The notes: a model not told the origin generated them from the sequence alone. Shown: positions 8,489 to 16,460, counted from the first letter of the stretch. The stretch is 20,000 nucleotides of DNA from an uncultured virus (IMG/VR IMGVR_UViG_3300042691_017862) (IMGVR_UViG_3300042691_017862); one strand, 5' to 3'. Numbers and translations: made by a program.

Positions 8489-10194
8489 TAGTTGTTCCTC
8501 GATTTTTCAACCCATAAAGAACCAGTACTAACTAGTGTTAACATATCATATTCACCTAGTGTACAAGTTCCGCTTAGTTTTAAATTTGTTGTATTTTGAA
8601 ATGCTAGTTGATCAGCGTCCGATGTTCCCATGATGTTCAATACAATACCCGGTTGTGATTCAATAGGAAGAGGAGTTGTATCAGTTACAGTTGTTATTGC
8701 GTTAGCCGTAGAACCTTTTACAAAGATTGTTCTAACAAGAGCATTACTCACTACTGGAAATGCCGCAATACCACTTGCTGTTACAGAAGAAGGAGAAGCA
8801 AATGTATTGTAAGCTGGAGTATCAGAATCACCACTAATCTTGATTGCTGTGGCACTCAAAGCTGAGTTGATAGCAAGAGTACCAGATGCTGAACTAGTAA
8901 GAACAACACCGATTTGGATAGCCCATTGACCACCGGTAGTAGGTGCGCCTGACTGTAAGTTACCGGCGGTAGACACACTAGCGTATACAGGAAGCCCAGC
9001 AGTGAATGCTGACGTATCTAGTGTAATGATACCACCATTTTGAATTGATACAGACTGACCTGTAGTCACTGTAGTAAGAGCAATACCAGCAAACTCGATT
9101 TTAGAGTCGTTAGTAGCGTCTACTTTGAAAGCATCTCCAGAACTATTTAGGTAAACTACTTGTCCTGCTGTGATATTTTCACCAGCAGTTGCTGAAAACG
9201 TAGAAACACTACCACCAGTACCACCTAGTGGAATCCAAGTAGAAGTGCTGTATAGTAATTCAATTGCAGAACTAGCACCAATTGTGATAGGATTATTAGT
9301 ACTGATGTTATCAAGACCTGTTAAACTAACGTCAGTAGTTCCAACGTTTAGGATAACTAATCTAGTACCATTTGAAATACCAGTAGCAGAAATTGTATCA
9401 ACACTGACTAATAAATCACTAGAGTTTATTGTAATTTTACTAGAAGTAATTCCGGATAAAGTAACATTTGATCCGGTTGTTGCAATGCTCTGGTAATCTC
9501 CATAAATTAATCCTTGTACACGAAGATTATTATCAGCTTGAATTAATGATGAAAAAACTGTGGTGTTTGAAAATGTCTTATTAGAAAGAGATTGTGTTCC
9601 AGTAAGAGTAGCTACAGTAGAGTCAATTTCAATAGTAACAGGAGCACTGCCATTGAAAGATGTACCATTAAGACCTGTACCAATAGTAAGAGCGTTTGTT
9701 GTATTGGCTGTAATAGTATCCGAACCACCGAGAGCAATCGTGGCACCATTGATTGTGATAGAATCATTATCTAACGCGGCGTTCGGAATGTTTGTAAGAG
9801 TGTTTGTACTACCATCGATAGACTTATTAGTAAGAGTATCAGTAGTTGCTTTACCAACAAGAGTATCGGTAGCATCTGGAAGGGTGATAGTTTTATTTGT
9901 TGTTTGAGAACTAACAATAGTAGTAGCAGTACCGGTTGTACCAGCAGCATCTAGTTTGATTTGTTTTGTTGGATCTGAATTATCAACAATTACAGTAGTA
10001 GAATCGGAAAGATTTTTATTAGTAAGAGTTGCTGTTGATGTTTCTGTTACAACTGATTCATTAGAACTACCATTGTGGACATGTAGCTTGTTATCAGATG
10101 ATAAATACTCAATATCACCCTTTGTTGTATTCTCCGTTGTGGAGTTTGGGATTAACCCAATGCCTTTTAGAAAATTTTTAAAGCCACTTGCCAT
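8488..10194 (-). CDS. Fibre protein with TLTNK repeats and a cement/head-fibre-like domain, 568 aa
   Basis: TLTNKNL, TLTNKSI, SLSNKTF repeats; TAGENITAGQVVYL...FAGIAL...GLPVY domain. AAGGGG SD. Confidence 0.75.
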   Translation of the reverse strand: MASGFKNFLKGIGLIPNSTTENTTKGDIEYLSSDNKLHVHNGSSNESVVTETSTATLTNKNLSDSTTVIVDNSDPTKQIKLDAAGTTGTATTIVSSQTTNKTITLPDATDTLVGKATTDTLTNKSIDGSTNTLTNIPNAALDNDSITINGATIALGGSDTITANTTNALTIGTGLNGTSFNGSAPVTIEIDSTVATLTGTQSLSNKTFSNTTVFSSLIQADNNLRVQGLIYGDYQSIATTGSNVTLSGITSSKITINSSDLLVSVDTISATGISNGTRLVILNVGTTDVSLTGLDNISTNNPITIGASSAIELLYSTSTWIPLGGTGGSVSTFSATAGENITAGQVVYLNSSGDAFKVDATNDSKIEFAGIALTTVTTGQSVSIQNGGIITLDTSAFTAGLPVYASVSTAGNLQSGAPTTGGQWAIQIGVVLTSSASGTLAINSALSATAIKISGDSDTPAYNTFASPSSVTASGIAAFPVVSNALVRTIFVKGSTANAITTVTDTTPLPIESQPGIVLNIMGTSDADQLAFQNTTNLKLSGTCTLGEYDMLTLVSTGSLWVEKSRNN

Positions 10195-10206
10195 GTTCTA
10201 TTCCCT

Positions 10207-10707
10207 TTATGTATCGCTCACTAAAACTGTTTTTGCTCCGAAAGATATTTTGGAGTTGACGTTATCATAAGAACCACCAATAGCTACCGAAGTAAATCTC
10301 AAATCATCACCACTCATTGAGAATGTATGATAAGGAGATCCATCTGATTGTCGTTCACCTTGAAACTCATGTTGTAATACCCACGTTGCTGAATCTGTGT
10401 TGTACACCCCAGATACAGAACCTTCTTCTGCTAACACAGTTACGGTATTTGTTCTATAAATAGCGTATGAAAAATTAAATGATCTAACCGATGCAGAAGG
10501 AAAGGTACATCCACTTAATGCGATTGCTGAATTTGCGTCAGATGTCAATGTTTGTACACGAGGTGATACGTCAAATGCCGATGCAATAGATGCTAGTTGG
10601 TCTGTTACAGCTTGAGCAAACTGAACAACAGCAGGTGCCCAGTTCTGGTCTGTACCACTGGTAGGAAAATTAATGACTTGTGATCCAATGATCAATCTAA
10701 CCGACAT
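10207..10707 (-). CDS. Putative virion structural protein, 166 aa
   Basis: FPTSGTDQNW N-terminal motif; C-terminal domain resembles that of the 202-aa protein. GAGGA SD. Confidence 0.65.
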   Translation of the reverse strand: MSVRLIIGSQVINFPTSGTDQNWAPAVVQFAQAVTDQLASIASAFDVSPRVQTLTSDANSAIALSGCTFPSASVRSFNFSYAIYRTNTVTVLAEEGSVSGVYNTDSATWVLQHEFQGERQSDGSPYHTFSMSGDDLRFTSVAIGGSYDNVNSKISFGAKTVLVSDT

Positions 10708-10960
10708 CTTTTGTATTTTCCTCTTTTGGTCCGTTTAATTTTTTATTACCTACGTGAATTGCACCGATGGCACTAAGAGCGGCTGCGTAATCTACACCAC
10801 TAAATTCACTCATCTTAACTTTGTCCATGATTTCAATACCAGATAGTAATAGTTTCAAGTTGATGATCGCAAATCCAACAACAACCATAGTGGTAGTGTA
10901 GCTTGGCTTACCAGTTTTCTTGTTTTTGATGATGAAAAAGTCTATTAATTTCTGTAACAC
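10697..10960 (-). CDS. Holin-like small membrane protein, 87 aa
   Basis: Two hydrophobic segments (TMVVVGFAIINLKLLLSGI; YAAALSAIGAIHVG), basic N-terminus, charged C-tail; GTG start 10 nt after the motif. Confidence 0.5.
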   Translation of the reverse strand: MLQKLIDFFIIKNKKTGKPSYTTTMVVVGFAIINLKLLLSGIEIMDKVKMSEFSGVDYAAALSAIGAIHVGNKKLNGPKEENTKDVG

Positions 10961-10970
10961 GGCTTAATAC

Positions 10971-10979
10971 TAGTTGTTA
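10971..10979 (-). promoter_or_regulatory. TAACAACTA motif copy 4
   Basis: Exact intergenic 9-mer. Confidence 0.65.
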
Positions 10980-11025
10980 AAAGGCAAAATATTATAGATA
11001 TTCCATAAGTATTGGATATTATAGT

Positions 11026-11589
11026 TTATTTTTTTGGTAACTTGCTCGCGTTGTATCCAATCAACTCTTCTGCTAGGCTTTTTAGTGTATCGTGGGGGAT
11101 ACCACCCGGATATTCATTGCTATGTGAAAGATGTTCTTCGAATCCCGGAGTACTTTCTTTCAATGACTCATTCCATTTTTTCAACTTAGCAAATCTTTCA
11201 GGATCGACGCTTTTTTTCCAGTTTTCATAATTACGAAGAAGAAGTTCGTTTTTTTCTTCAATTGTTTTTGGTGGATTTTTTAGTATGTAATCAGCTAGAT
11301 TTTCTCTTTGGTATTGATCACCTTCAATTAGTGTCGGTGATTTTGTTGATTTCATTTCAACAAGCTTTTTAATAGGAGATACATTCTTAAGAGAGCCGAT
11401 CACTGGTCCAGCGTTCATAGCACTATCCAACGCAAACTTGATATTCTTAGCACCTTGGATTCTATCGTACTGTTCTGGATCATTTTGTTTGATGTACTCG
11501 TCCATAATAGAAGGCTCGGCAAGTGCTTCCATTTCTTCCGGAGAGTAATTAGGATTGATCCTAGAGAACAATGAGTTGAACTTTGCCAT
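11026..11589 (-). CDS. Hypothetical protein, 187 aa (candidate internal head protein)
   Basis: Intact charged ORF; no SD, ATG 5 nt after the motif; shares short motifs with the 359- and 145-aa proteins. Confidence 0.7.
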   Translation of the reverse strand: MAKFNSLFSRINPNYSPEEMEALAEPSIMDEYIKQNDPEQYDRIQGAKNIKFALDSAMNAGPVIGSLKNVSPIKKLVEMKSTKSPTLIEGDQYQRENLADYILKNPPKTIEEKNELLLRNYENWKKSVDPERFAKLKKWNESLKESTPGFEEHLSHSNEYPGGIPHDTLKSLAEELIGYNASKLPKK

Positions 11590-11594
11590 ACATC

Positions 11595-11603
11595 TAGTTG
11601 TTA
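11595..11603 (-). promoter_or_regulatory. TAACAACTA motif copy 5
   Basis: Context TTAACAACTAGATGT-ATG. Confidence 0.65.
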
Positions 11604-11608
11604 ATACA

Positions 11609-12298
11609 CTAGATTTTATGACCTTTTTTAATGTTATCTACTGCCCATAGTGGTTGTAAATTGCTGTAATGACACAGTTTATACATTTCTTCTTCTGTAT
11701 TCGCACTGACCAAGGGCTTGATATGATCAATGTGCCATTTTCCGTAGTTCTCCCAAGTCATTCCGTCGGTGAACTGGGACTCTAGGTGCTGTTTCAATTC
11801 GTCGAGAGAGCATCCGATGTAATCGTAGAACTTTGTGGTCTTCTTCCAAGACTTTGCTTTTAGTGCATCATACAATCTACTGCGTAATCTTCTTGTTAAT
11901 TTGTATTTAACATCTACTTTACAACGTTTGGAAGAGTAGCCTCGTCTGGATTCTATTATTTTGGATTTATTTTCATAATAATGATTAAGAACTTTTTGTT
12001 TTATTTCTTCTTTATTTTCTTCGTATCTTTTTTTACTTTTAACTGACCTACAATCATTGCATTCTTCAACAATACCAGAAGGCTTATTTCTATTTTTATT
12101 ATATTCAGAAATAGGTTTTGTTTTTTTACATGTTTTACAAGTATATTCTATTAAATTTGGGTATATTCTTTTTATTTCTGTTCTTTTTTTATATGTACAT
12201 TTTTTACAAATAGTTCTATACCCACTTTTTGTTTCGCGTTTTGCGTAATCAGTTAATGGTTTTTCAGTTTTACATTTATTACAAGTTTTCACTATCAT
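11609..12298 (-). CDS. Free-standing HNH-type (endonuclease VII-like) homing endonuclease, about 229 aa
   Basis: Two N-terminal Zn-ribbon repeats (CNKC..CKKC, CKTC..CNDC); C-terminal GMTWENYGKWHIDHIKP...HYSNLQPLWAVDNIKKG. Visibly more AT-rich than its neighbours. Confidence 0.85.
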   Translation of the reverse strand: MIVKTCNKCKTEKPLTDYAKRETKSGYRTICKKCTYKKRTEIKRIYPNLIEYTCKTCKKTKPISEYNKNRNKPSGIVEECNDCRSVKSKKRYEENKEEIKQKVLNHYYENKSKIIESRRGYSSKRCKVDVKYKLTRRLRSRLYDALKAKSWKKTTKFYDYIGCSLDELKQHLESQFTDGMTWENYGKWHIDHIKPLVSANTEEEMYKLCHYSNLQPLWAVDNIKKGHKI

Positions 12299-12328
12299 AG
12301 TATACCATTAGTTGTTAAATGGTGTCAA
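12299..12328 (-). promoter_or_regulatory. Sigma70-type promoter with TAACAACTA copy 6 (12309-12317) in its spacer
   Basis: TTGACA (12328-12323), 18 nt, TATACT (12304-12299), with TGn extended -10. Confidence 0.6.
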
Positions 12329-12360
12329 ACAAAAAAATATGAGTTGGACCAGCTAAATAC

Positions 12361-12394
12361 AAAAAAGGCCTCATACCAGCGGTACAAGGCCTTT
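12361..12394 (-). terminator. Rho-independent terminator after the major capsid gene
   Basis: AGGCCUUGUACC-GCU-GGUAUGAGGCCU stem (two G-U) running into a U6 tract. Confidence 0.85.
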
Positions 12395-12418
12395 CTTACA
12401 CTAGATAACTAGTTGAAA

Positions 12419-13666
12419 CTATTGGGAATTGATAATATCTGTTACCAATACATTTCTGCCGGGAGCCGAGCAAAACACCGCTTGATCTGTGTACAAACGA
12501 AGTTCGTAACCAGCAGCTTGTTCTAGATCTCTGAAGAATTGATCTCCTTGACCCGGACGTTTGAAGGTGATGTCGCTAGAACCTACGCGAGACCAGTCTT
12601 CGATAGAAAGCATGTATGCATAACCTTCTTTAACGTATACACTTGGAACGATCTGAAGAACACCATTTTGAGAATGGAATTCAAGAGCTTCAGAACCGTT
12701 TTCAAGCTTAGTCTTAGAGTAAGAACCATCGTACTTACGAAGAGCAGCTTGGTCGTTAAGCATGTTAGCCCAACCACGAGTGTTAACCATACAAACTAAC
12801 TTACCTTCAAGACCTTTTTCAACTGCACGAGCAACTGCAAGGTTCAATTTAGAGAAAGAAAGTGCTCCAGAAGAAGCAGAGTATTGGTTACCACGGAACA
12901 AGTTGTATTGTGACGTGTCAATGTTAAACAAAGTACCAGAAGTCTTAGCAAGGATCGCGTGGATTCCGATGAATTCATTACCGAAAGCACCTTTGTGCCA
13001 GATAATATCGTCAGCAGTTACACTGAGAGCAGAAGACAACGTAAGAGTACGTGTTTCGAAGTTAACAGCAGTGATTTTCGCTTCACCACGAGAAGTAGTT
13101 CCGTCTGGAGAACGAATTTCGATTGTTAGTCCTTCAGCTCCAGCCCAGATTCCCGGTGCCCATTCAGAAGTTTTAACAACGATTGAAGTAGAGTTAACAG
13201 TAGCATTACATGCACCGTAACCAGATTGACCGTAAAGCATTTCGATCTCGATCTTTTTAGACATAGAACGAAGCATGTTAGCTACCAAGTATTTGGTTGC
13301 ATCCATGAATGCTTGAGCAGAACCTTGAGCAGCACGAGAAGCAGCTACGTAACCGATGAAAGAACGAAGAACTGCTGGAGATCCTTTGATCGTAGCGTCC
13401 TTGATCTGTCCAGCTACTGGAGCGTTCAAGTTGAATGCATCTTCGTCAGAACCAGCGAAAGTTACGCCGTGTTCAAGACCAAGGATTACTGGTTGGTGAA
13501 AACTATTTCCCGGCATTTTATCTTTAGACATGAATTTAATCATGTTCAAAAGCTTAACTTGATCCGGAATCAAATTATCTAGTTTATCTGCATAAGTTTC
13601 TTTGAATAAACCATTCAAATTACCTACTGTATTATTTGGTGTACTAAATGTATTAGTTGTTGACAT
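12419..13666 (-). CDS. Major capsid protein (probable HK97 fold), 415 aa
   Basis: Size, LNGLFKETYADKLDNL N-terminus, position after scaffold and decoration genes, SD, biased codons (TTC/AAC/CGT) and following terminator. Confidence 0.85.
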   Translation of the reverse strand: MSTTNTFSTPNNTVGNLNGLFKETYADKLDNLIPDQVKLLNMIKFMSKDKMPGNSFHQPVILGLEHGVTFAGSDEDAFNLNAPVAGQIKDATIKGSPAVLRSFIGYVAASRAAQGSAQAFMDATKYLVANMLRSMSKKIEIEMLYGQSGYGACNATVNSTSIVVKTSEWAPGIWAGAEGLTIEIRSPDGTTSRGEAKITAVNFETRTLTLSSALSVTADDIIWHKGAFGNEFIGIHAILAKTSGTLFNIDTSQYNLFRGNQYSASSGALSFSKLNLAVARAVEKGLEGKLVCMVNTRGWANMLNDQAALRKYDGSYSKTKLENGSEALEFHSQNGVLQIVPSVYVKEGYAYMLSIEDWSRVGSSDITFKRPGQGDQFFRDLEQAAGYELRLYTDQAVFCSAPGRNVLVTDIINSQ

Positions 13667-13684
13667 TATTTATTTCCTTTTCTA

Positions 13685-13981
13685 TTACTCAGATACTACG
13701 TATTTGAGAGTTACAGAGTCTGCTGAAGCCATTGCAGCACTTAAAGTAAGTACTACAGAACTTCCGCTGATTGATTGGTTAGAAGCTACTACTGGAGCAG
13801 CAGTTCCTGCGCTATCGTCCATGAAAATTGCAGAACGAATTTCTGCGATATCTTCTTGAACATCCACTGTGATTGTTGATCCACTTGCGGAAACTACTTG
13901 ATTATCAGAAAGCTTCACACAAATTTCTTGTACTTTCAGTTGCACTGATTGTACGGCACTATCTTTTGATTGATATGACAT
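13685..13981 (-). CDS. Putative head decoration/cement protein, 98 aa
   Basis: Small Ser/Val-rich beta-type protein immediately upstream of the capsid gene. AAGGA SD. Confidence 0.55.
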   Translation of the reverse strand: MSYQSKDSAVQSVQLKVQEICVKLSDNQVVSASGSTITVDVQEDIAEIRSAIFMDDSAGTAAPVVASNQSISGSSVVLTLSAAMASADSVTLKYVVSE

Positions 13982-14017
13982 TTGTTTTTTCCTTGTTATA
14001 GGGTTATTTGTTTATTT

Positions 14018-14083
14018 GGAATACATTTCTGTATTTCCGCTTTTGCTTTCGATTCGGTAGCATCAAATCCATTTGGGTATTGA
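14018..14083 (-). promoter_or_regulatory. Three-hairpin leader of the decoration-capsid transcript
   Basis: UCAA-UAC-CC-AAAU-GG-AU-UUGA; UGC-UAC-CG-AAU-CG-AAA-GCA; GGA-AAUACA-GAAA-UGUAUU-CC. Confidence 0.55.
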
Positions 14084-14121
14084 CACATCTACATCTAGTC
14101 CACATTTTTAACTGTTAACAT

Positions 14122-14130
14122 TAGTTGTTA
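14122..14130 (-). promoter_or_regulatory. TAACAACTA motif copy 7
   Basis: Exact 9-mer 140 nt upstream of the decoration-capsid operon. Confidence 0.7.
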
Positions 14131-14194
14131 AAAGTCTATGTAATTGTTGCACTTTTACTAGACCTCTAACAACCATATGTTATCATTAACTTTT

Positions 14195-15118
14195 TTAGAT
14201 CTTAAAGAAATCCTTCATGTTGACTTTTTCAGCAGGCTTTGCTTCTACTTTCTTAGATGAACCAACATCTTTGATAGCAGCCTTAAGAGTAGCAGGGGTA
14301 GATTTAGCTTTAGCTAGATTTTTCTTTCTAACTTTATCTAAAATATCCTTACCAATGAAAGATTCTACTTTATCTTCTCCGAGAGCAGATAAAAGTTCTT
14401 TAAGATCTGATTGAATTTCTTCTTTTACAAGACCAATTACATCTTCTGGTTCAAGATTCACACCATATTGAAGACCGTCTTGCATATACTGAGCAATTTT
14501 CTTAACAACGTAAGGAGATTTTGGAATACCAGCTTGATCGATAACTGCTGTCATCTTTGTATCAATGCGTTCGTATTCTTGTTGTGTCAAACGCTCGTAT
14601 TCACGCTTGTCAAACTCTTCTTTTTCAAGTCTACGCTCATCTTCTAGTGCTTTTAGTTTAGCTTCTAGTTCTGCGCGTTCTCTTTGCTCAGGAGTCATTG
14701 CTTGTTGTTGCAATTCTTCTTCAATAATCATTGCAGCAAATTCTTTTGGATCAATTCCCATTTGTTTTAATGTATTTTTAGTGTCACCTTTAAGAGATTT
14801 CACAAATTGATCAACTTGAGAGCGAAGACTTGCTTCACTTTGCATTGATTTTTGAGCTTTTTTAGATAGTTGAAGATTCTTCTTAAGGTATTCCGCGTGG
14901 TCTTCATCAACTTCGAACGGGAGTTCTTCTTCGTACTCTTCTCCATCGATTTTAAGCATCAACTTATTAAGACGCTTCTTTTCGGCAACAGCTTGTTTTG
15001 CTTCTTGGGTTTGTTGTTGGGATTCTTGACCAGATTCTTGTGATTGGTCTACTTGAGGGGCTTCTTGACTAACGTCAGAAGCAGGAGCACTACTAGGTGC
15101 TTGATTATTGTCTTCCAT
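14195..15118 (-). CDS. Capsid scaffolding protein, 307 aa
   Basis: Disordered acidic/Gln N-terminus, LKIDGEEYE motif, long E/K/R coiled-coil, basic C-terminus ending DFFKI; upstream of the capsid gene. Confidence 0.75.
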   Translation of the reverse strand: MEDNNQAPSSAPASDVSQEAPQVDQSQESGQESQQQTQEAKQAVAEKKRLNKLMLKIDGEEYEEELPFEVDEDHAEYLKKNLQLSKKAQKSMQSEASLRSQVDQFVKSLKGDTKNTLKQMGIDPKEFAAMIIEEELQQQAMTPEQRERAELEAKLKALEDERRLEKEEFDKREYERLTQQEYERIDTKMTAVIDQAGIPKSPYVVKKIAQYMQDGLQYGVNLEPEDVIGLVKEEIQSDLKELLSALGEDKVESFIGKDILDKVRKKNLAKAKSTPATLKAAIKDVGSSKKVEAKPAEKVNMKDFFKI

Positions 15119-15133
15119 ATTATTTCCTTATGT

Positions 15134-15184
15134 CACCATCTCAAAGAGGTAGGTGTAAGTTACCGATCCCGAAATGGGGTACGG
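15134..15184 (-). promoter_or_regulatory. Tandem hairpins with identical UAC/AU internal loop in the scaffold leader
   Basis: CCG-UAC-CCC-AUUUC-GGG-AU-CGG (15184-15163) and CACC-UAC-CUC-UUU-GAG-AU-GGUG (15155-15134), just upstream of the UAAGGA SD. Confidence 0.65.
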
Positions 15185-15193
15185 ATATACATA

Positions 15194-15202
15194 TAGTTGT
15201 TA
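15194..15202 (-). promoter_or_regulatory. TAACAACTA motif copy 8
   Basis: Exact 9-mer overlapping the TAA stop of the 359-aa gene. Confidence 0.65.
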
Positions 15203-16279
15203 ATCTTCTTCTTTTATTCTTAAACTTTGATTTAATTGTGGGAATCTTTTAATACTTGTTTCTGTTCCTAAAATTTTTCTCAACAATTCATCGTTATTTT
15301 CTGTTGTTTTTGGAATATCAGATGCCCATTCTGGGAGTAGTCCTATTTTTTGATCTGCATATGTAGTATTTGCAGGATTCAATCTATTAGCTTCGCTTTT
15401 TGGTCCATAGTTTACCCAACTATTTTGACCACGAGTCTCCGTTGTAAGCGCACGACGAGCTTCGGGGGAGAACATACCAGAATGCTGCAAGAAAGCATTC
15501 TCTTCGCCCATAGGACCAAAGCCGTAGCCTTCTTTTGCATGACCGAAGTAATCATGAACAATACGAAAAAGATCATTTGCTGGAACATCTTCTCCGTTAA
15601 TGATTTCACCACTTTTTTGTAGCATTGGATTATCTGGAAATTTATCTCCACTACCAAATCCTGACTCCGATGGATAGTATTTCATTTGATTACGTTCTGA
15701 AATATCTTTAATTACATCTTTAGATCCACCCGGATATGGATTTCCCATTTCTGGTGTAATTTTTATTGGATTAAATCCTGTTTTTTTAATTGTTTGATAC
15801 TGATCTTTTGTCTCTCTGATCAATGCGTCGTATGCTTTTTTAACTTCTGGATTAGTTGGATCATGTTTCATGTTTTCAAAAGCATCTGCGAGAAGTTTTG
15901 CGCGAGTTTCATCCACTTGTACTGCCGGCATTCTTTCATTAGTAAGACCTTTTGCTTTTGAATATTGAGAAGCTAGACCTTGTATTGCTTCGTTTGATTG
16001 TAGTGGGGCTTTCATCTTAGCAAGTTTTGCTAAATTACCGACGGTTTTCAATCCACCCATTATTGTTGGATCAAATAATATCTTTTGTCCATCTGGTGTT
16101 TCAATCTCAATTGGGTCTGGTGTAACTGCACCAACAGCACGAAGAGTTTTTGTTAATCCTTGTGCTCCCATTTGTTGAGTAGGAGAATATCCAGACGTAT
16201 CAAGATCGTCATATTCAGTTGGTTCTGACATAACGTCTTTAGCATCTTTTAGTTTATCTAGGAGATTTTTAAATGCCAT
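15200..16279 (-). CDS. Protein with a zincin-like HDxxGH domain, 359 aa (candidate packaged effector)
   Basis: NDLFRIVHDYFGH...GEENAF...ALTTETRGQNSWVN. I recall this motif set from large multidomain phage proteins; enzymatic activity is not established. Confidence 0.6.
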   Translation of the reverse strand: MAFKNLLDKLKDAKDVMSEPTEYDDLDTSGYSPTQQMGAQGLTKTLRAVGAVTPDPIEIETPDGQKILFDPTIMGGLKTVGNLAKLAKMKAPLQSNEAIQGLASQYSKAKGLTNERMPAVQVDETRAKLLADAFENMKHDPTNPEVKKAYDALIRETKDQYQTIKKTGFNPIKITPEMGNPYPGGSKDVIKDISERNQMKYYPSESGFGSGDKFPDNPMLQKSGEIINGEDVPANDLFRIVHDYFGHAKEGYGFGPMGEENAFLQHSGMFSPEARRALTTETRGQNSWVNYGPKSEANRLNPANTTYADQKIGLLPEWASDIPKTTENNDELLRKILGTETSIKRFPQLNQSLRIKEED

Positions 16280-16282
16280 ATA

Positions 16283-16459
16283 CTAAATCTTGTATTTTTT
16301 CATTAAGTTACTATCTTTTGCAAGTTTTCTCTTAACGCTATTGAACTTTGTGTGAGGAGTACTTTTAGTTTCAGTCTTTTCTGAAATACTAACATCAAGT
16401 TTTGGACTTTTCTTACCACTTATTAAACCCGATTTGATCATCTTTGAAAATTTTGACAT
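16283..16459 (-). CDS. Small Lys/Ser-rich basic protein, 58 aa (not in ORF track)
   Basis: Hand translation MSKFSKMIKSGLISGKKSPKLDVSISEKTETKSTPHTKFNSVKRKLAKDSNLMKKYKI; fills the gap with 1-nt and 3-nt spacers. Confidence 0.7.
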   Translation of the reverse strand: MSKFSKMIKSGLISGKKSPKLDVSISEKTETKSTPHTKFNSVKRKLAKDSNLMKKYKI

Positions 16460-16460
16460 A

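Noticed and set aside
1206..10194. Diversity-generating retroelement or invertible fibre shufflon
   Set aside because: No reverse transcriptase or invertase, no adenine-only-mismatch repeat pair noticed, and no inverted fibre fragments.
10989..11024. Twin CTATAATAT boxes around a weak hairpin
   Set aside because: No -35 at proper spacing and very AT-rich, so not supportable as a promoter.
8489..13662. Near-matches to the motif at 8489, 12410 and 13654
   Set aside because: One or two mismatches; 8489 and 13654 are explained by coding sequence and 12410 points straight into the terminator.
14080..14108. Plus-strand TTGACA as an antisense promoter
   Set aside because: The -10 position reads CATTTT, a poor match, and the hexamer overlaps a leader hairpin stem.
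481..15202. Integron attC sites or CRISPR array (repeated TAAC-containing motif after stop codons)
   Set aside because: No paired RYYYAAC/GTTRRRY long palindromes, no regular repeat-spacer period, no integrase or cas gene.
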